Shown: piece by piece, positions 21,924-32,206 of the stretch | Layout of the letters: each line of letters starts with the position of its first letter | How positions within the stretch are numbered: the first letter of the stretch is position 1 | Translations under genes and position numbers: made by a program | NCBI GenBank assembly: GCA_965215265.1 | Contig: OZ244048.1 | Span: 4,352,001-4,416,000 of the forward strand | Length of the DNA stretch: 64,000 nucleotides | Direction: 5' to 3' | Source of the DNA: Candidatus Poribacteria bacterium | GTDB taxonomy: Bacteria; Poribacteria; WGA-4E; WGA-3G | The notes under the pieces: model-generated | Told to the model about the DNA's origin: nothing | Seen by the model: only the letters and a program-made list of their open reading frames with translations | The model's database searches: none

Positions 21924-22011
21924 TTGAGAACCAATACATCAGGAGCCTCCGACGAGATTTACACACGAGCTGTCAATACCTAAGCGTTGATGGTACGGAG
22001 ATATACAAAAA
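21924..22011 (+). mobile_element. Dispersed ~87-nt element (type A)
   Basis: ACATCAGGAGCCTCCGACGAGATTTACACACG...GGAGATATACAAAAA. Confidence 0.85.
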
Positions 22012-22030
22012 TAGAATGGATTGATAGACA

Positions 22031-23083
22031 ATGAACTCAAAAATAGGAATTGGCATAATTAGTTTTGCGCACGGACATGCGAACGCCTACTGTAACCAGA
22101 TGAGAACGTTTGACGATGCGGTCCTCGTAACATGTTGGGACGATAACGTTGAACGCGGGGAGGCTGCAGCGACGCAATTCGGCATGCCTTTCTCTCCACA
22201 CCTCGAAGATGTCATAAATCATCCTGAGATTCACGGCGTTATTGTAACGTGTGAAACCAATCGGCATGCGGATATGGTTGAGGCAGCAGCATCCGCAGGG
22301 AAGCACATCCTCTGCCAAAAACCGATGGCACTGACCTTGGCTGATTGCGACAGGATTGAGGTAGCTGTACAGAAATCCGGCGTTAAGTTCATGATGGGCT
22401 ACCAGATGCGGCGCGACCCGGCGAACATTGCAATGAAGGAACTGATTGAGAGTGGAGTGTTGGGGAAAATTGGGGTGTTGCGCCGCCGACACTGTATAGA
22501 TGCGCTCTTTAGCGAAGCTTTCGTGACTGGACGCAGCCGCTGGCATATTGACCCGGAAAAGAACATGGGGATGTTCATGGACGATGCCTCCCACGCGACA
22601 GATTTCATCCATTGGATGCTCGGTAAACCGACCAGCGTTATTGCCGAGATTGATAATATCTTAACTGATGTAGCACCTGATGATACCGGGCTGGCGGTCT
22701 ATCGGTTTGAGAGCGGCGCAATGGCGATTCTACTGAATACATCCGTGACGCTGGCTGGTGAAAATACGACTGAGATTTACGGAGACGAAGGCGTTGTGAT
22801 TCAGAACTATGGCGACGGTCCTTCGTGTAATCTTCCGCGTCCAGCGGATGCTGTTGCTCTCAAGTTGTGTACGCGCGCGGAACCGTCGTGGAAAGATCTG
22901 GGGATTCCAATTCCGAAGAGTCACGGTGAGCGAATTGCGGCAGTCCCACGTCCGTTTATTGACTGTTTGAAGAACAACACGGAGCCCGATGTTACGGTAG
23001 CGGATGGGCGTGTTTCGGTAGAGATGGTTCTCGGCGCGTATCGTTCGGCACAAGCGGGGACGCGCGTTGTGTTTCCGTTGTAA
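22031..23083 (+). CDS. Gfo/Idh/MocA oxidoreductase
   Basis: HILCQKPMA; GMFMDDASHATD. Confidence 0.9.
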   Translation: MNSKIGIGIISFAHGHANAYCNQMRTFDDAVLVTCWDDNVERGEAAATQFGMPFSPHLEDVINHPEIHGVIVTCETNRHADMVEAAASAGKHILCQKPMALTLADCDRIEVAVQKSGVKFMMGYQMRRDPANIAMKELIESGVLGKIGVLRRRHCIDALFSEAFVTGRSRWHIDPEKNMGMFMDDASHATDFIHWMLGKPTSVIAEIDNILTDVAPDDTGLAVYRFESGAMAILLNTSVTLAGENTTEIYGDEGVVIQNYGDGPSCNLPRPADAVALKLCTRAEPSWKDLGIPIPKSHGERIAAVPRPFIDCLKNNTEPDVTVADGRVSVEMVLGAYRSAQAGTRVVFPL

Positions 23084-23101
23084 ACCTTTAATTTGACTAT
23101 T

Positions 23102-23836
23102 TTATGGGCTGTTGCGGCGCATAATGCTGAGAATCTGTCCGGTCATGCCGGTTGCAGTGGGTTGCGCGGCAAGGAAGAGGGCAGCTGCGACAACTTGTTC
23201 TGGCTCCTTCCACGGATCGCTTTGGGCCCGGAAAGTGCCCGCGTTCTCCCACGCCGGTTTTGATAATTCTGTTTTCACGGGGCCAGGGATGAGCACATTG
23301 GCAATGATGCCATCTGTCCATACTTCTTCTGCAATTGCTTGGGTTAAGCCATGCAACGCGGCTTTAGAGGCGCAATAGATGCTGAGGTCTGCGTGTCCAA
23401 CTTGTCCCATGCCGGATCCGACGTTGATAATGTTACCACTTCCTTGCTGTTTCATAATGGGCAATGCGGCACGGCAGCAGTGCACAACGCCCATGACATT
23501 GATCTGCCAAGTCTGTTGCCACTGTTCATCTGTTGTCTCTAAAAACGTCCCGCGCGGATTGACTCCTGCGTTATTGACGAGAATGTCTATCCGTCCAAAA
23601 CGTTCAACCGTTTTCTGAATCAGATTCTCCACCTCGTCCGGAATCTGCACATCGGTTGGTACTGCAAAGGCTTCGCCAGACTTGTCTCTTATCGTGTTGA
23701 CGACCTGGGTGAGTTGGGCGTTGCTGCGTGCGGCGATGACGACGTTCGCGCCCGCTGCAGCGTAAGCGATAGCAATGGCTTTACCGATACCTCTACCGCC
23801 GCCGGTGATGATGGCAATTTTGTCTTGGAGCTGCAT
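23102..23836 (-). CDS. Short-chain dehydrogenase/reductase
   Basis: TGGGRGIG, NNAG, YCASK. Confidence 0.92.
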   Translation of the reverse strand: MQLQDKIAIITGGGRGIGKAIAIAYAAAGANVVIAARSNAQLTQVVNTIRDKSGEAFAVPTDVQIPDEVENLIQKTVERFGRIDILVNNAGVNPRGTFLETTDEQWQQTWQINVMGVVHCCRAALPIMKQQGSGNIINVGSGMGQVGHADLSIYCASKAALHGLTQAIAEEVWTDGIIANVLIPGPVKTELSKPAWENAGTFRAQSDPWKEPEQVVAAALFLAAQPTATGMTGQILSIMRRNSP

Positions 23837-23848
23837 AGATGCTTCCTT

Positions 23849-24670
23849 TTACGAATTGGAGCGGTGCCATATATTAACAAGCCGTGCTAGCTGTGCCCGG
23901 CTTGTCTTGAGTTTCCGTTCTAAGTCTTTCGCGAGTACTGTGAGGAGGTCTGTGCCGCTTTCTCGGGCGGATTCTACCTGTTGTTTGAGTTGATAGATAC
24001 GGCCTGCCTTAAGGCGATTCATCTGTAATTGCAATTCACTTGTCGCCCGGTTAAGCCGGTGCAATTCAGCTTGCAGTCGCTTGCGCTTTTCCGCTATTGC
24101 TTCCTCGCTATTTTCTGCTATATCTATCTCCCCAAGGCTTAACCGTTCTAAAGTTTGGATATCCTTTTCATGGTATGCCCGGTTAATGAGGGGCATCAAT
24201 TGCTTTCGCTGCTGCTGTTCTTCCGTATCTTCGGCCTTGTCAGGATGGTACTGCTTTGCGAGTTTACGGTAGAGGGTTTGCAGCTGCTTGGCTTTTTCGT
24301 TTGGAAGTTCTGCCTGCTGATGCGCCTGCGGTGATTCTTCTGCATCTCCGTCCTCGACGACACGGGCACGATTTGCCCGGAAACAGGATTCGACACGCTC
24401 CTCAATCTCTTCTTGACTCACTTTTTCTCGGATAAGTTGTAAACGGAGCCGATACTCTTTTGTCTCAAGTTCAACTTTATCGAGTTCAAGGTAGTAGTGC
24501 CCGATATGAGCATTATACCTTTGCTGAAAGGAGTCAACTTCAGCTTCGAGGTGTTGAACAGTCAAGGTGAGTCCCGCTACCTGTCCACGTTTTTCTTCAA
24601 TAACTTGAAGTAGACGGTAAGTCTCCTTTTCATTTGCGTTATTGATATAAACTAAGGTGTCGGGTTTCAT
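23849..24670 (-). CDS. J-domain-containing coiled-coil protein
   Basis: LYRKLAKQYHPD...INRAY. Confidence 0.8.
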   Translation of the reverse strand: MKPDTLVYINNANEKETYRLLQVIEEKRGQVAGLTLTVQHLEAEVDSFQQRYNAHIGHYYLELDKVELETKEYRLRLQLIREKVSQEEIEERVESCFRANRARVVEDGDAEESPQAHQQAELPNEKAKQLQTLYRKLAKQYHPDKAEDTEEQQQRKQLMPLINRAYHEKDIQTLERLSLGEIDIAENSEEAIAEKRKRLQAELHRLNRATSELQLQMNRLKAGRIYQLKQQVESARESGTDLLTVLAKDLERKLKTSRAQLARLVNIWHRSNS

Positions 24671-24754
24671 AAGTCTGCTCTTCGGTTTCATACAGTGGCA
24701 AGCGTAGAGACTGCACATACTGGATTCAGCAAAGCGCATGCCACAAGCTGAAAG

Positions 24755-25120
24755 CTACTGTTTCCGATAGGTGATCCGTCCGCGTGTCAGATCGTACGGT
24801 GATAATTCCACGGTTACTTTATCGCCTGGCAGAATTTTGATAAAGAATTTACGCATTCTACCGGAAATATGGGCAAGAATCTGATGCTTATTGTCCAATT
24901 CTACACGGAACATGGCATTAGGTAAAGGTTCTACAACGACTCCTTCCACTTCAATTTTATTCTTTTGAGTGGTGGGCCGTGAACTATCTTGGCCTGGATT
25001 CTCGGTATTTTCTGTGAGGTTGCGTACCTTTTTCTTTTTCTGTGGCTTCCGTTTGGGACGGCTGGGGTTCGCGTAGCGCGTTCCCGACTTTCGCTTATTT
25101 CCTGAGGGTCTACGGTTCAC
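24755..25120 (-). CDS. infA: Translation initiation factor IF-1 with basic N-terminal extension
   Basis: [20 protein letters not shown]...[13 protein letters not shown]; AAGGAG SD before GTG 25120. Confidence 0.92.
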   Translation of the reverse strand: MNRRPSGNKRKSGTRYANPSRPKRKPQKKKKVRNLTENTENPGQDSSRPTTQKNKIEVEGVVVEPLPNAMFRVELDNKHQILAHISGRMRKFFIKILPGDKVTVELSPYDLTRGRITYRKQ

Positions 25121-25138
25121 AATAATAGTTCTCCTTCT

Positions 25139-25933
25139 TTAGGATTCTCCTTCAAGACTGAAGTGTTTTCCTCTTTCATTAACAAGTTTTTTAAAATAAT
25201 CTATGGCAAATTGAAGTTGCCTCTCTGCCTCTGCATTGCTGGTATTTGTTGAAACCAGATCGACGGGCATCGCTGCTCCGTCTACATCGCGGAGTGCAAC
25301 ATAAGCTTTTAAATAGACGTTTGGGTGGCGTTCCATCACGGTTTGCATAAGTGGTGAAACCTCCGCTTCAAACATACTGACATAGACACGCGCGGTGCAA
25401 ATTTCTGCGCGATACCGTTCGGCAATTAAAGGTTGAATGTGTGTCTCAAAGATTGCCTTCATTTCTCTGGGTGGACCGGGCATTAGCATGAGAGTAGACT
25501 GTTTGTGCGTGATACGAATGCAGGGTGCCCATCCTGCGGGGTTTTGAAAGACCTCGGCTGTTTCCGGCACAGTTGCCATTTTCATCAAGGCTTCACTGAG
25601 CAATTCATTTTCTGACATCTGTCTCCGTTCCCGGAAAGCTGCGACGGTTTTCTCACTGATGACGGTTTTGCGGCCGGTAAGTTTCGCGACAACATCGACT
25701 GTCATATCGTCCGGGGTTGGTCCGAGTCCCCCTGTTGTGAGGATAAGTGCAGTTTTGCGTTCAATGGCATCCGACAAAGCCTCGTGCATTTCATCAAAAT
25801 TATCGCGAAGCATGGTGACGCGTCTTAATTCGCCGCCTTGTTGAAGAATCTGCTGGGCAATCCAATGGGCGTTAGTGTCCTGAATTTGCCCGAGTACCAA
25901 TTCTGTGCCTATTGAAAATAGTTCGATTGCCAA
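25139..25933 (-). CDS. CinA N-terminal / molybdopterin-binding domain protein
   Basis: IGTELVLGQIQDTNA, TTGGLGPTPDD, MPGPPREM. Confidence 0.85.
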   Translation of the reverse strand: MAIELFSIGTELVLGQIQDTNAHWIAQQILQQGGELRRVTMLRDNFDEMHEALSDAIERKTALILTTGGLGPTPDDMTVDVVAKLTGRKTVISEKTVAAFRERRQMSENELLSEALMKMATVPETAEVFQNPAGWAPCIRITHKQSTLMLMPGPPREMKAIFETHIQPLIAERYRAEICTARVYVSMFEAEVSPLMQTVMERHPNVYLKAYVALRDVDGAAMPVDLVSTNTSNAEAERQLQFAIDYFKKLVNERGKHFSLEGES

Positions 25934-25981
25934 TTCATCCTCCTTACCCCTTTATCCGATACGGGGCACTTGTCGTGTTTG

Positions 25982-27034
25982 CTACAAGACGTTTTTGAGA
26001 AACTCAAACGCGCCTATACCGTGGAAGCTATGCCCGGCATCAAATAATTCACAGCCCAATTTGTCGTGTGCCCCGAAACGTGTAAAGATTGCTTCCGCAC
26101 TATTCACTGCCAAACGTGTGGCTTCAATTGGGAATATCGTATCTTGTATGCCAGACTCAACAAATAGAGCCCGCGGTGCAATGAGTCCAGCAATATCGTA
26201 CATCTCTGCGTATTTTAGCACACCGGGTATATAATTGTCCATACAATGACTGAGGCTGAGGAGGCTATCCCGGAATGTATTGAAATAGCCGCTCACAACA
26301 GCAGCTTTGAAACGTTGGTCAAGCGCTGCGGCGAAGAAGGTTGTTGTACCCCCGCCGGAGATGCCCATAACACCGACGCGATTGATGTCTATCTCAGGAC
26401 GTGTGGCCAAATAGTCAATCGCACGCATGGCATCATAGACTCGCCATCCTATCATAGTCTGTCCGAGTAATAAGGCTGCACCTGCACTCGGTTGGCAGGA
26501 GGAGTGCGCAGCGCCCTTCTGCCGAGCGTTGCTATCGCGGCGATGCCCAAATCCGAACTGTTCAATCGCAAAAACAGCGTAGCCGTGTTCAACGCATTGA
26601 AGAGCAAAATCGTTCTGGTACCCGCCATATTCGGGACGCATTGAGCCATCTTCCTCTATTCCTACGATGTCGTCTACGCCCCGTCCGTGTCCTGCCAAAC
26701 AGAGTATTATTGGACTCGGTGCAGAAAAATTTCTGGGAAAAAGGAGATATCCGAACACATCCATGTCTGGGCGGCTCTGAAACTGCACCGTTTCACGGAT
26801 ATAGACAGGGAATTCGCGCGAATCCAGAACCTCCTGTCGTAAGTCGCATCTCTTCTTCGGAAAACCACCAACTAATTCGACAAGTTTTGCACGCAACTCC
26901 TGTTGCCACGCTTCTGCCTCAGCCACAGTAGTCGCCTGAAATGCTAATTGACGAGATGTCTCATCATATAATTGGTGGGAAAATGCTAAAGTATCCCTCT
27001 TCTGTTTTGTATGCATCGTTCTGTCTTCAAACAC
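25982..27034 (-). CDS. Alpha/beta hydrolase
   Basis: GISGGG nucleophile elbow; Asp/His in DTIFP and GHSF. Confidence 0.85.
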   Translation of the reverse strand: MFEDRTMHTKQKRDTLAFSHQLYDETSRQLAFQATTVAEAEAWQQELRAKLVELVGGFPKKRCDLRQEVLDSREFPVYIRETVQFQSRPDMDVFGYLLFPRNFSAPSPIILCLAGHGRGVDDIVGIEEDGSMRPEYGGYQNDFALQCVEHGYAVFAIEQFGFGHRRDSNARQKGAAHSSCQPSAGAALLLGQTMIGWRVYDAMRAIDYLATRPEIDINRVGVMGISGGGTTTFFAAALDQRFKAAVVSGYFNTFRDSLLSLSHCMDNYIPGVLKYAEMYDIAGLIAPRALFVESGIQDTIFPIEATRLAVNSAEAIFTRFGAHDKLGCELFDAGHSFHGIGAFEFLKNVL

Positions 27035-27087
27035 TATTCCATTTTGAGCTTAGTTGATGAGCTCTCTAAAAACTATTAAAATACCAA

Positions 27088-27238
27088 TTTTTAGTATATC
27101 TCCGTACCATAAACGCTTATGCTTTGATAGTTCGTGTGTAAATCTTGGCAGGTTCGGTATGCTTTGTCTGTCCATGAGACAAGATTACCTTATCCTGCCA
27201 ATCTATAGATCGTCGGAGTTTTCCGATGTTTAGATTCA
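27088..27238 (-). mobile_element. Type A element with nested 55-nt inverted-repeat insert
   Basis: AAATCT|TGGCAGG...CCTGCCA ATCTATAGAT|CGTCGGAG. Confidence 0.8.
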
Positions 27239-27447
27239 TAAAGTAGGAGGATTACAATACCACATACAAGAAGCGGTCATAGTGCACCTATTACTAGACC
27301 GGCTATAATTGAAGGCAGCCAATCAATCCTAGCGTCGAAGTTAACAGCCCGGTATATCCAAGAAATGACGCAGGTCAGAATAAAGGTGAAAGCAAAACTT
27401 ATTTTGTAAACTTCCTACATGCTCGTAAATTTCTGAAAATTGCTTTT

Positions 27448-28710
27448 TTATCTGTTCAGCAGATTCAGAACCAAACCAGTGGCCATTTTGGGATAAAAAT
27501 AGGTAGACTTCTGTGGCATTGTTTGCCCAGCCATTGCTACATCGAGCACTTGAGAGACTGGGGTAGGATTCATGAGGAGCGCGACGCGTCCTGCTTGTCC
27601 TTTAACTGATGCGACAGCCTCTGCTGCATCCACCGTGTAACTGACATACTCCGGGACTGTTTCAACGCCAAAGTGCTTGTCTATGAGGTTATCGTGAAGG
27701 AGCGTTACATCCAACCGGTCGTATTGCTTGATATCAGTATCCAATCTTGGAATTAATAAACGATAAGAATCGTCCGGGGTATACAGTCCAAATGCAGGTT
27801 GTACCCCGCGTTGTGCCGCCAGGTTTTCCATGAGTGCCGTGAGATTTTCTATTTTTTGAACGTCGAACGATTCAGGGAGCTTCGCAACAACGTGTGCTAT
27901 TTTGTGCGGACTGAGCCCTTGGATAATACGATGAATTGCGAGCACTGCCAAGCCGGGGGATTCCATTCTGACGAGGTTCATCATCATGTAGCCGTAGCCT
28001 GTTAGTTGCGGTGAGCGTGCGTGCATCTCCTGTCGGAAAGCGAGGGCAGTTTCGTAGCGATGATGTCCATCTGCAATAAGGAGCGATTTTGTGGAGAAAA
28101 GCGTTTGGATTTGGCGCGTGGCTTGTGTCATCTGCCACAATTGGTGTGTACTGCCGAATGCCTCATCTATGCTAACAATAGGCGGTGTTCCATCTGTGAA
28201 GGCTTCCATTATACGTTCAATATCGCCTTGTGTGTCAGAATAGAGGAGGAAAATAGGGCTCAAATTCGCGTGGGATGCTCGCATCAGGTTGAGCCTGTCT
28301 GCCTTGGGGGCTGCGTGTGTTTTTTCATGCGGATAGATGACCTTGTTTTCAAAAGGTTCTAATTTGACTTGTGCGATGAGGGCGCGGCGGGTATAAGTGA
28401 TACCGTCCGGGGCTGTGAAGGTTTGTTCATAGATGTAGTAGCTCGGGACCTGGTCTGGGACGAGCGTCCTGTTCGCCATCCACGTGTTCATTAGTGCAGT
28501 AGCGCGTGTGTACTGGTTATCGGTTTCGGTATCCGTTTCCCGTGGTTGGCTCAAAATCAAGCGAATAATGTTAGCAGGGTGTTGTTTCTCTAAGGCGAGC
28601 CGTTCTTGGACGTTGATAACATCATAAGGGGGTGCGATGACATCGGCGATGTCCTCTACCTTTTCCGTATTGTAGCGTAGCCCACGAAAGGGCATCACTG
28701 CTGTCTCCAT
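27448..28710 (-). CDS. DUF1015 family protein
   Basis: APPYDVI, PHEKT, IADGHHRYETA, MPQKSTYFYPK. Confidence 0.9.
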   Translation of the reverse strand: METAVMPFRGLRYNTEKVEDIADVIAPPYDVINVQERLALEKQHPANIIRLILSQPRETDTETDNQYTRATALMNTWMANRTLVPDQVPSYYIYEQTFTAPDGITYTRRALIAQVKLEPFENKVIYPHEKTHAAPKADRLNLMRASHANLSPIFLLYSDTQGDIERIMEAFTDGTPPIVSIDEAFGSTHQLWQMTQATRQIQTLFSTKSLLIADGHHRYETALAFRQEMHARSPQLTGYGYMMMNLVRMESPGLAVLAIHRIIQGLSPHKIAHVVAKLPESFDVQKIENLTALMENLAAQRGVQPAFGLYTPDDSYRLLIPRLDTDIKQYDRLDVTLLHDNLIDKHFGVETVPEYVSYTVDAAEAVASVKGQAGRVALLMNPTPVSQVLDVAMAGQTMPQKSTYFYPKMATGLVLNLLNR

Positions 28711-28753
28711 TCTTTTCCGCCTTCTCCTTTGTGGTGTTTTTCGAGATTAATTT

Positions 28754-29686
28754 CTATTTATCCCAGAGTCTTGTGCTAAAATAGCGTTCGCCTAAATCGT
28801 TAAAGACTGTAACGATAAGGCCTTCCTGAATGCGTTGAGCGACTTTATAAGCCCCGTAGAGGTAGCCTCCAGAAGATTGTCCGACGAACCAGCCCCTTCG
28901 TGCGAGCCGGCTGCACATCTCATGCGCATCTTCAATTGTAGCGTCAATTCTGCTGTCAATGATAGTTTCGTCAAGAATTTCTGGCACAATATCCTCAGGG
29001 TGTCCTAACGGTTTGAGTCCTTCGATACCGGGAAACGCCTCAGGTGAAATGGAGCAGACGTGAATATCCGCGTTATACGTTTTGAGTCGTCGTCCGACAC
29101 CGGTGATGGTCCCGCCAGTGCCGACACCTGCGACGAAGTGAGTGACTTTGCCGTTCGTCTGTTCCCAGATTTCAACGCCAGTGGTTTCATAATGTGCGCG
29201 CCAATTATTCTCATTTTCATATTGTGATTTAAAAAAATACTTATCAGGTGCAGCTTCGTAACGTCGAGTTACCTCACGGAGTGCCTCATCGTAACCGAGG
29301 ATTGCATCCGTATAAATAATTTGTGCGCCGTGCGAATGAATACGTTTTTTGCGTTCCTCACTCGCGTTATCCGGTATGACCAGCTCCACGTTGTAACCGA
29401 GTGCTGCGCCAATCATCGCATAAGCGATGCCTGCATTGCCTGAACTAGAATCTAAAATGATCTTTTCGCGTGTGAGTTCACCGGATGTAATCGCCTCGGT
29501 CAGCATCCGTAAAACCGGCCGGTCTTTGATGGAGCCTCCGGGGTTATAGGTTTCGACTTTGGCGTAGATATGAACATTGGGCAATTCGTCTGCAAAAAGA
29601 TCTATTTTGGCAAGTGGTGTGTGCCCAATTAGTTGAAGTAGTGGGTATTCTGAAAGATTCACCATCGGAATAATGCTATTGCTCAT
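28754..29686 (-). CDS. PLP-dependent cysteine synthase (CysK/CysM family)
   Basis: NPGGSIKDR, SSGNAG, GVGTGGT. Confidence 0.9.
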   Translation of the reverse strand: MSNSIIPMVNLSEYPLLQLIGHTPLAKIDLFADELPNVHIYAKVETYNPGGSIKDRPVLRMLTEAITSGELTREKIILDSSSGNAGIAYAMIGAALGYNVELVIPDNASEERKKRIHSHGAQIIYTDAILGYDEALREVTRRYEAAPDKYFFKSQYENENNWRAHYETTGVEIWEQTNGKVTHFVAGVGTGGTITGVGRRLKTYNADIHVCSISPEAFPGIEGLKPLGHPEDIVPEILDETIIDSRIDATIEDAHEMCSRLARRGWFVGQSSGGYLYGAYKVAQRIQEGLIVTVFNDLGERYFSTRLWDK

Positions 29687-29737
29687 CTGTTTTGGATGTA
29701 CCGAACATCCGTGCTTACAATGTAGATTAAATAAACC

Positions 29738-30349
29738 TCAACGCCTCACAATTCGCTCGTGAAGCAGCCGCGTTATATAAGTCTTCGCTGCATTGCCTGT
29801 TAATTTTCCATTGAGAATATCTCTTACCTCAAATTCAGCGAGGCGGACTGTTGGATTGAGCCCATGTCGTGTAGGTAGCCAGTCCCGAAACGTGTCAAAA
29901 AAAGCCCGCTGGGCGGCTCGCCCATTCGTGTAAGGAAAGTCAGCTGTTGCCCGTCTAAACCGCGCGGGTCCCTTCGCAAGCGCTTGTACATGATATTTGC
30001 GACAAAACTGCCTATATTTTTTTAGTTCATAAGCTTGTGGTAGATGCGCCGGATAAAACCGTAAAGTCTGTTCCCGATATTTTGTGAAATGTTGCAGCTC
30101 ATCAAATTCAAAGATAAAATGATGGGGTTCTGGAAAATAGGCATCGGGAATCAGGTAACCGTCTGCTTTCGCTGTTGTGCCTTCCCAATCTCCTTTTAGT
30201 GATGTGTAAATTTCTATAATATTATCGTAAATATCGCCAAAATGCTCACGAGTGGGTTTATTGCGTAGCCATTCAAATTGTGCACGTTTTTCAGCAGCCG
30301 TTTCCAAGCTGGCTTCTACCAATGAGATAATACCTACCTCTAACCGCAT
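29738..30349 (-). CDS. Hypothetical protein, possible PD-(D/E)xK-like nuclease
   Basis: LIPDAYF...IFEFDELQHF; QRAFFDTFRD. Confidence 0.5.
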   Translation of the reverse strand: MRLEVGIISLVEASLETAAEKRAQFEWLRNKPTREHFGDIYDNIIEIYTSLKGDWEGTTAKADGYLIPDAYFPEPHHFIFEFDELQHFTKYREQTLRFYPAHLPQAYELKKYRQFCRKYHVQALAKGPARFRRATADFPYTNGRAAQRAFFDTFRDWLPTRHGLNPTVRLAEFEVRDILNGKLTGNAAKTYITRLLHERIVRR

Positions 30350-30404
30350 TTGTTCAGCCTATGCGCCCATTGGGCGTGTGTTTTGCGGCACGTCCGTTTA
30401 TGCA

Positions 30405-31211
30405 TTACACTGGTGCAACGTCTAAATTTTTCAGAGACTCTTTGGTAACTGACCCAATTAAGCTCGCGAGATAGTCCCGGTCGCGTTGCAAAGCCTCCAG
30501 TTTGTTATCCCCATGTACAAACTCTACCTCTAGGTATCCATCGTATCCTACCTCTCCGAGGATATCGACGATTCGTGCATAATCGACGAGCCCGTCTGCA
30601 ATGGGGCATGCTTTTCCGTATTGATCAAAGTTTTGGGCATGGACGTTGACAATATGCGATGCGAGTTTTTGTGCGGCAGTATGGGGTTCGTCTGCATCTC
30701 CGCGCGCGAGTGGTTGATAATATGTCCGGAGCGCTGGAACATTGACACCTTCAATCGTTTCTAGGATGGTTGCGACACTGTCCGTGAAGTGGTTGTTGTG
30801 CATTTCTAAACCTAGTCTCATGTTCCGAAAATTCGCCCACTGTGCCATGCTGACTAATCGAAAGAGGATTAGGCGTTTATCTGAGGGCGCAATAGATGCA
30901 GATGCACCGCCACCAGACCAGATTCTCAAGAGAGCGGTACCTAACCCCTGCGCGATTTTAAACGCCTCTTCAAAATGTTTCTGGTAGAGATGCATCATAG
31001 GGCTAACGTAAGAACCGTATGCCGAGATGGCTAACCCCCTTTGAGCGGCGGCGTTTCTAATTTTTTCGACATGAGCCGCATCGTACTCCGCAGGCATGTG
31101 AGGTGGCTTGCCCCAAACCTCAATCCCATCAAAACCGTAATCCGCTGCGATGTCTATGACCTCTTCCAGCGGTTTTTCTTGAAAGGCGATACTGCATAAA
31201 CCCAATTTCAT
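30405..31211 (-). CDS. Sugar phosphate isomerase/epimerase (xylose isomerase-like TIM barrel)
   Basis: GFDGIEVW, LEMH, GYDGYLEVEF. Confidence 0.85.
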   Translation of the reverse strand: MKLGLCSIAFQEKPLEEVIDIAADYGFDGIEVWGKPPHMPAEYDAAHVEKIRNAAAQRGLAISAYGSYVSPMMHLYQKHFEEAFKIAQGLGTALLRIWSGGGASASIAPSDKRLILFRLVSMAQWANFRNMRLGLEMHNNHFTDSVATILETIEGVNVPALRTYYQPLARGDADEPHTAAQKLASHIVNVHAQNFDQYGKACPIADGLVDYARIVDILGEVGYDGYLEVEFVHGDNKLEALQRDRDYLASLIGSVTKESLKNLDVAPV

Positions 31212-31244
31212 TTGTACTCCTCGCTCCTATCTGTCTATATGAAA

Positions 31245-31328
31245 AGTATACCATAAGTGCAAACGGATTGCAAGAAAAATTTCCCATTTCTCTTTAGACT
31301 TGACACTTGTTTGCATATCTGTTATACT
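31245..31328. promoter_or_regulatory. Divergent sigma70 promoters
   Basis: Plus: TTGACA(31300)-N17-TATACT; minus: TTGCAA(31273)-N17-TATACT. Confidence 0.6.
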
Positions 31329-31364
31329 TTTTGAGAAGCAAAATCAGTAGAATATTAGATAATT

Positions 31365-32153
31365 ATGTGGATTAAGTTTCAGATATTAGTTATCCTTCTG
31401 CTCATATTGGCTGCACTTTTAGGGTGCTCACAGCCAAACGGATTAACAGTCTTCAGTGCGATGAGTTTGACAGATGTGCTCACCGAAATCGGTGAACAGT
31501 TTAGGATGGCACATCAGGTTAAGGTTTATTTTAATTTCGCTGCATCCTCAACGCTTCAACGTCAACTTGAGAAAGGTGCATCGGCAGATGTTTTTATTTC
31601 AGCGAGCCCGCGGCAGGTTATGGCACTTGAAACGCTCGGCATCCTTGTTAAAAATAGCCGTCGCGATATCCTGTCCAATCAATTAGTGCTGGTGTCTCAT
31701 GAATCTTCTGCGTTATCCGTCAAGTACAATAATTCTGACAAGGACATCGTTAATACTTTAGTGGATAAATCGATTTTACGAATAGCGATTGGGCAACCTG
31801 ACGTTGTCCCTGCTGGTACTTACGGAAAAGAGGCATTAACTTACTTAGACGTGTGGGATGCCATCCAGTCCAAGTTGATTTTCGGTGCAGATGTCCGTGC
31901 GACGCTCGCCTATGTCACTGCTGGAAATGTTGATGCAGCTATTGTCTATCAGACTGACGCAACATTGATGCGAAACGTCAAAGTACTGTATCAATTTCCG
32001 GCAGAGACACATAGTCCGATTGTTTATCCAGCTGTGGTGGTGGAGCAAAGTCCACGAAAGGGACGAGCCCAACAGTTTATTGATTATCTGAAAACTGCAC
32101 ACGCTATACAAATTTTTGAAAAGCATGGGTTTACTTGTCTATTATCCGAATAA
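31365..32153 (+). CDS. modA: Molybdate ABC transporter substrate-binding lipoprotein
   Basis: Lipobox LLGC, ADVFISA, VPAGTYG, IVYQTDA. Confidence 0.92.
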   Translation: MWIKFQILVILLLILAALLGCSQPNGLTVFSAMSLTDVLTEIGEQFRMAHQVKVYFNFAASSTLQRQLEKGASADVFISASPRQVMALETLGILVKNSRRDILSNQLVLVSHESSALSVKYNNSDKDIVNTLVDKSILRIAIGQPDVVPAGTYGKEALTYLDVWDAIQSKLIFGADVRATLAYVTAGNVDAAIVYQTDATLMRNVKVLYQFPAETHSPIVYPAVVVEQSPRKGRAQQFIDYLKTAHAIQIFEKHGFTCLLSE

Positions 32154-32206
32154 GGAGCGCGGTTGTCACTATAATCTAAGTGAAGTGCACCGGTAGTATA
32201 AAAAGA

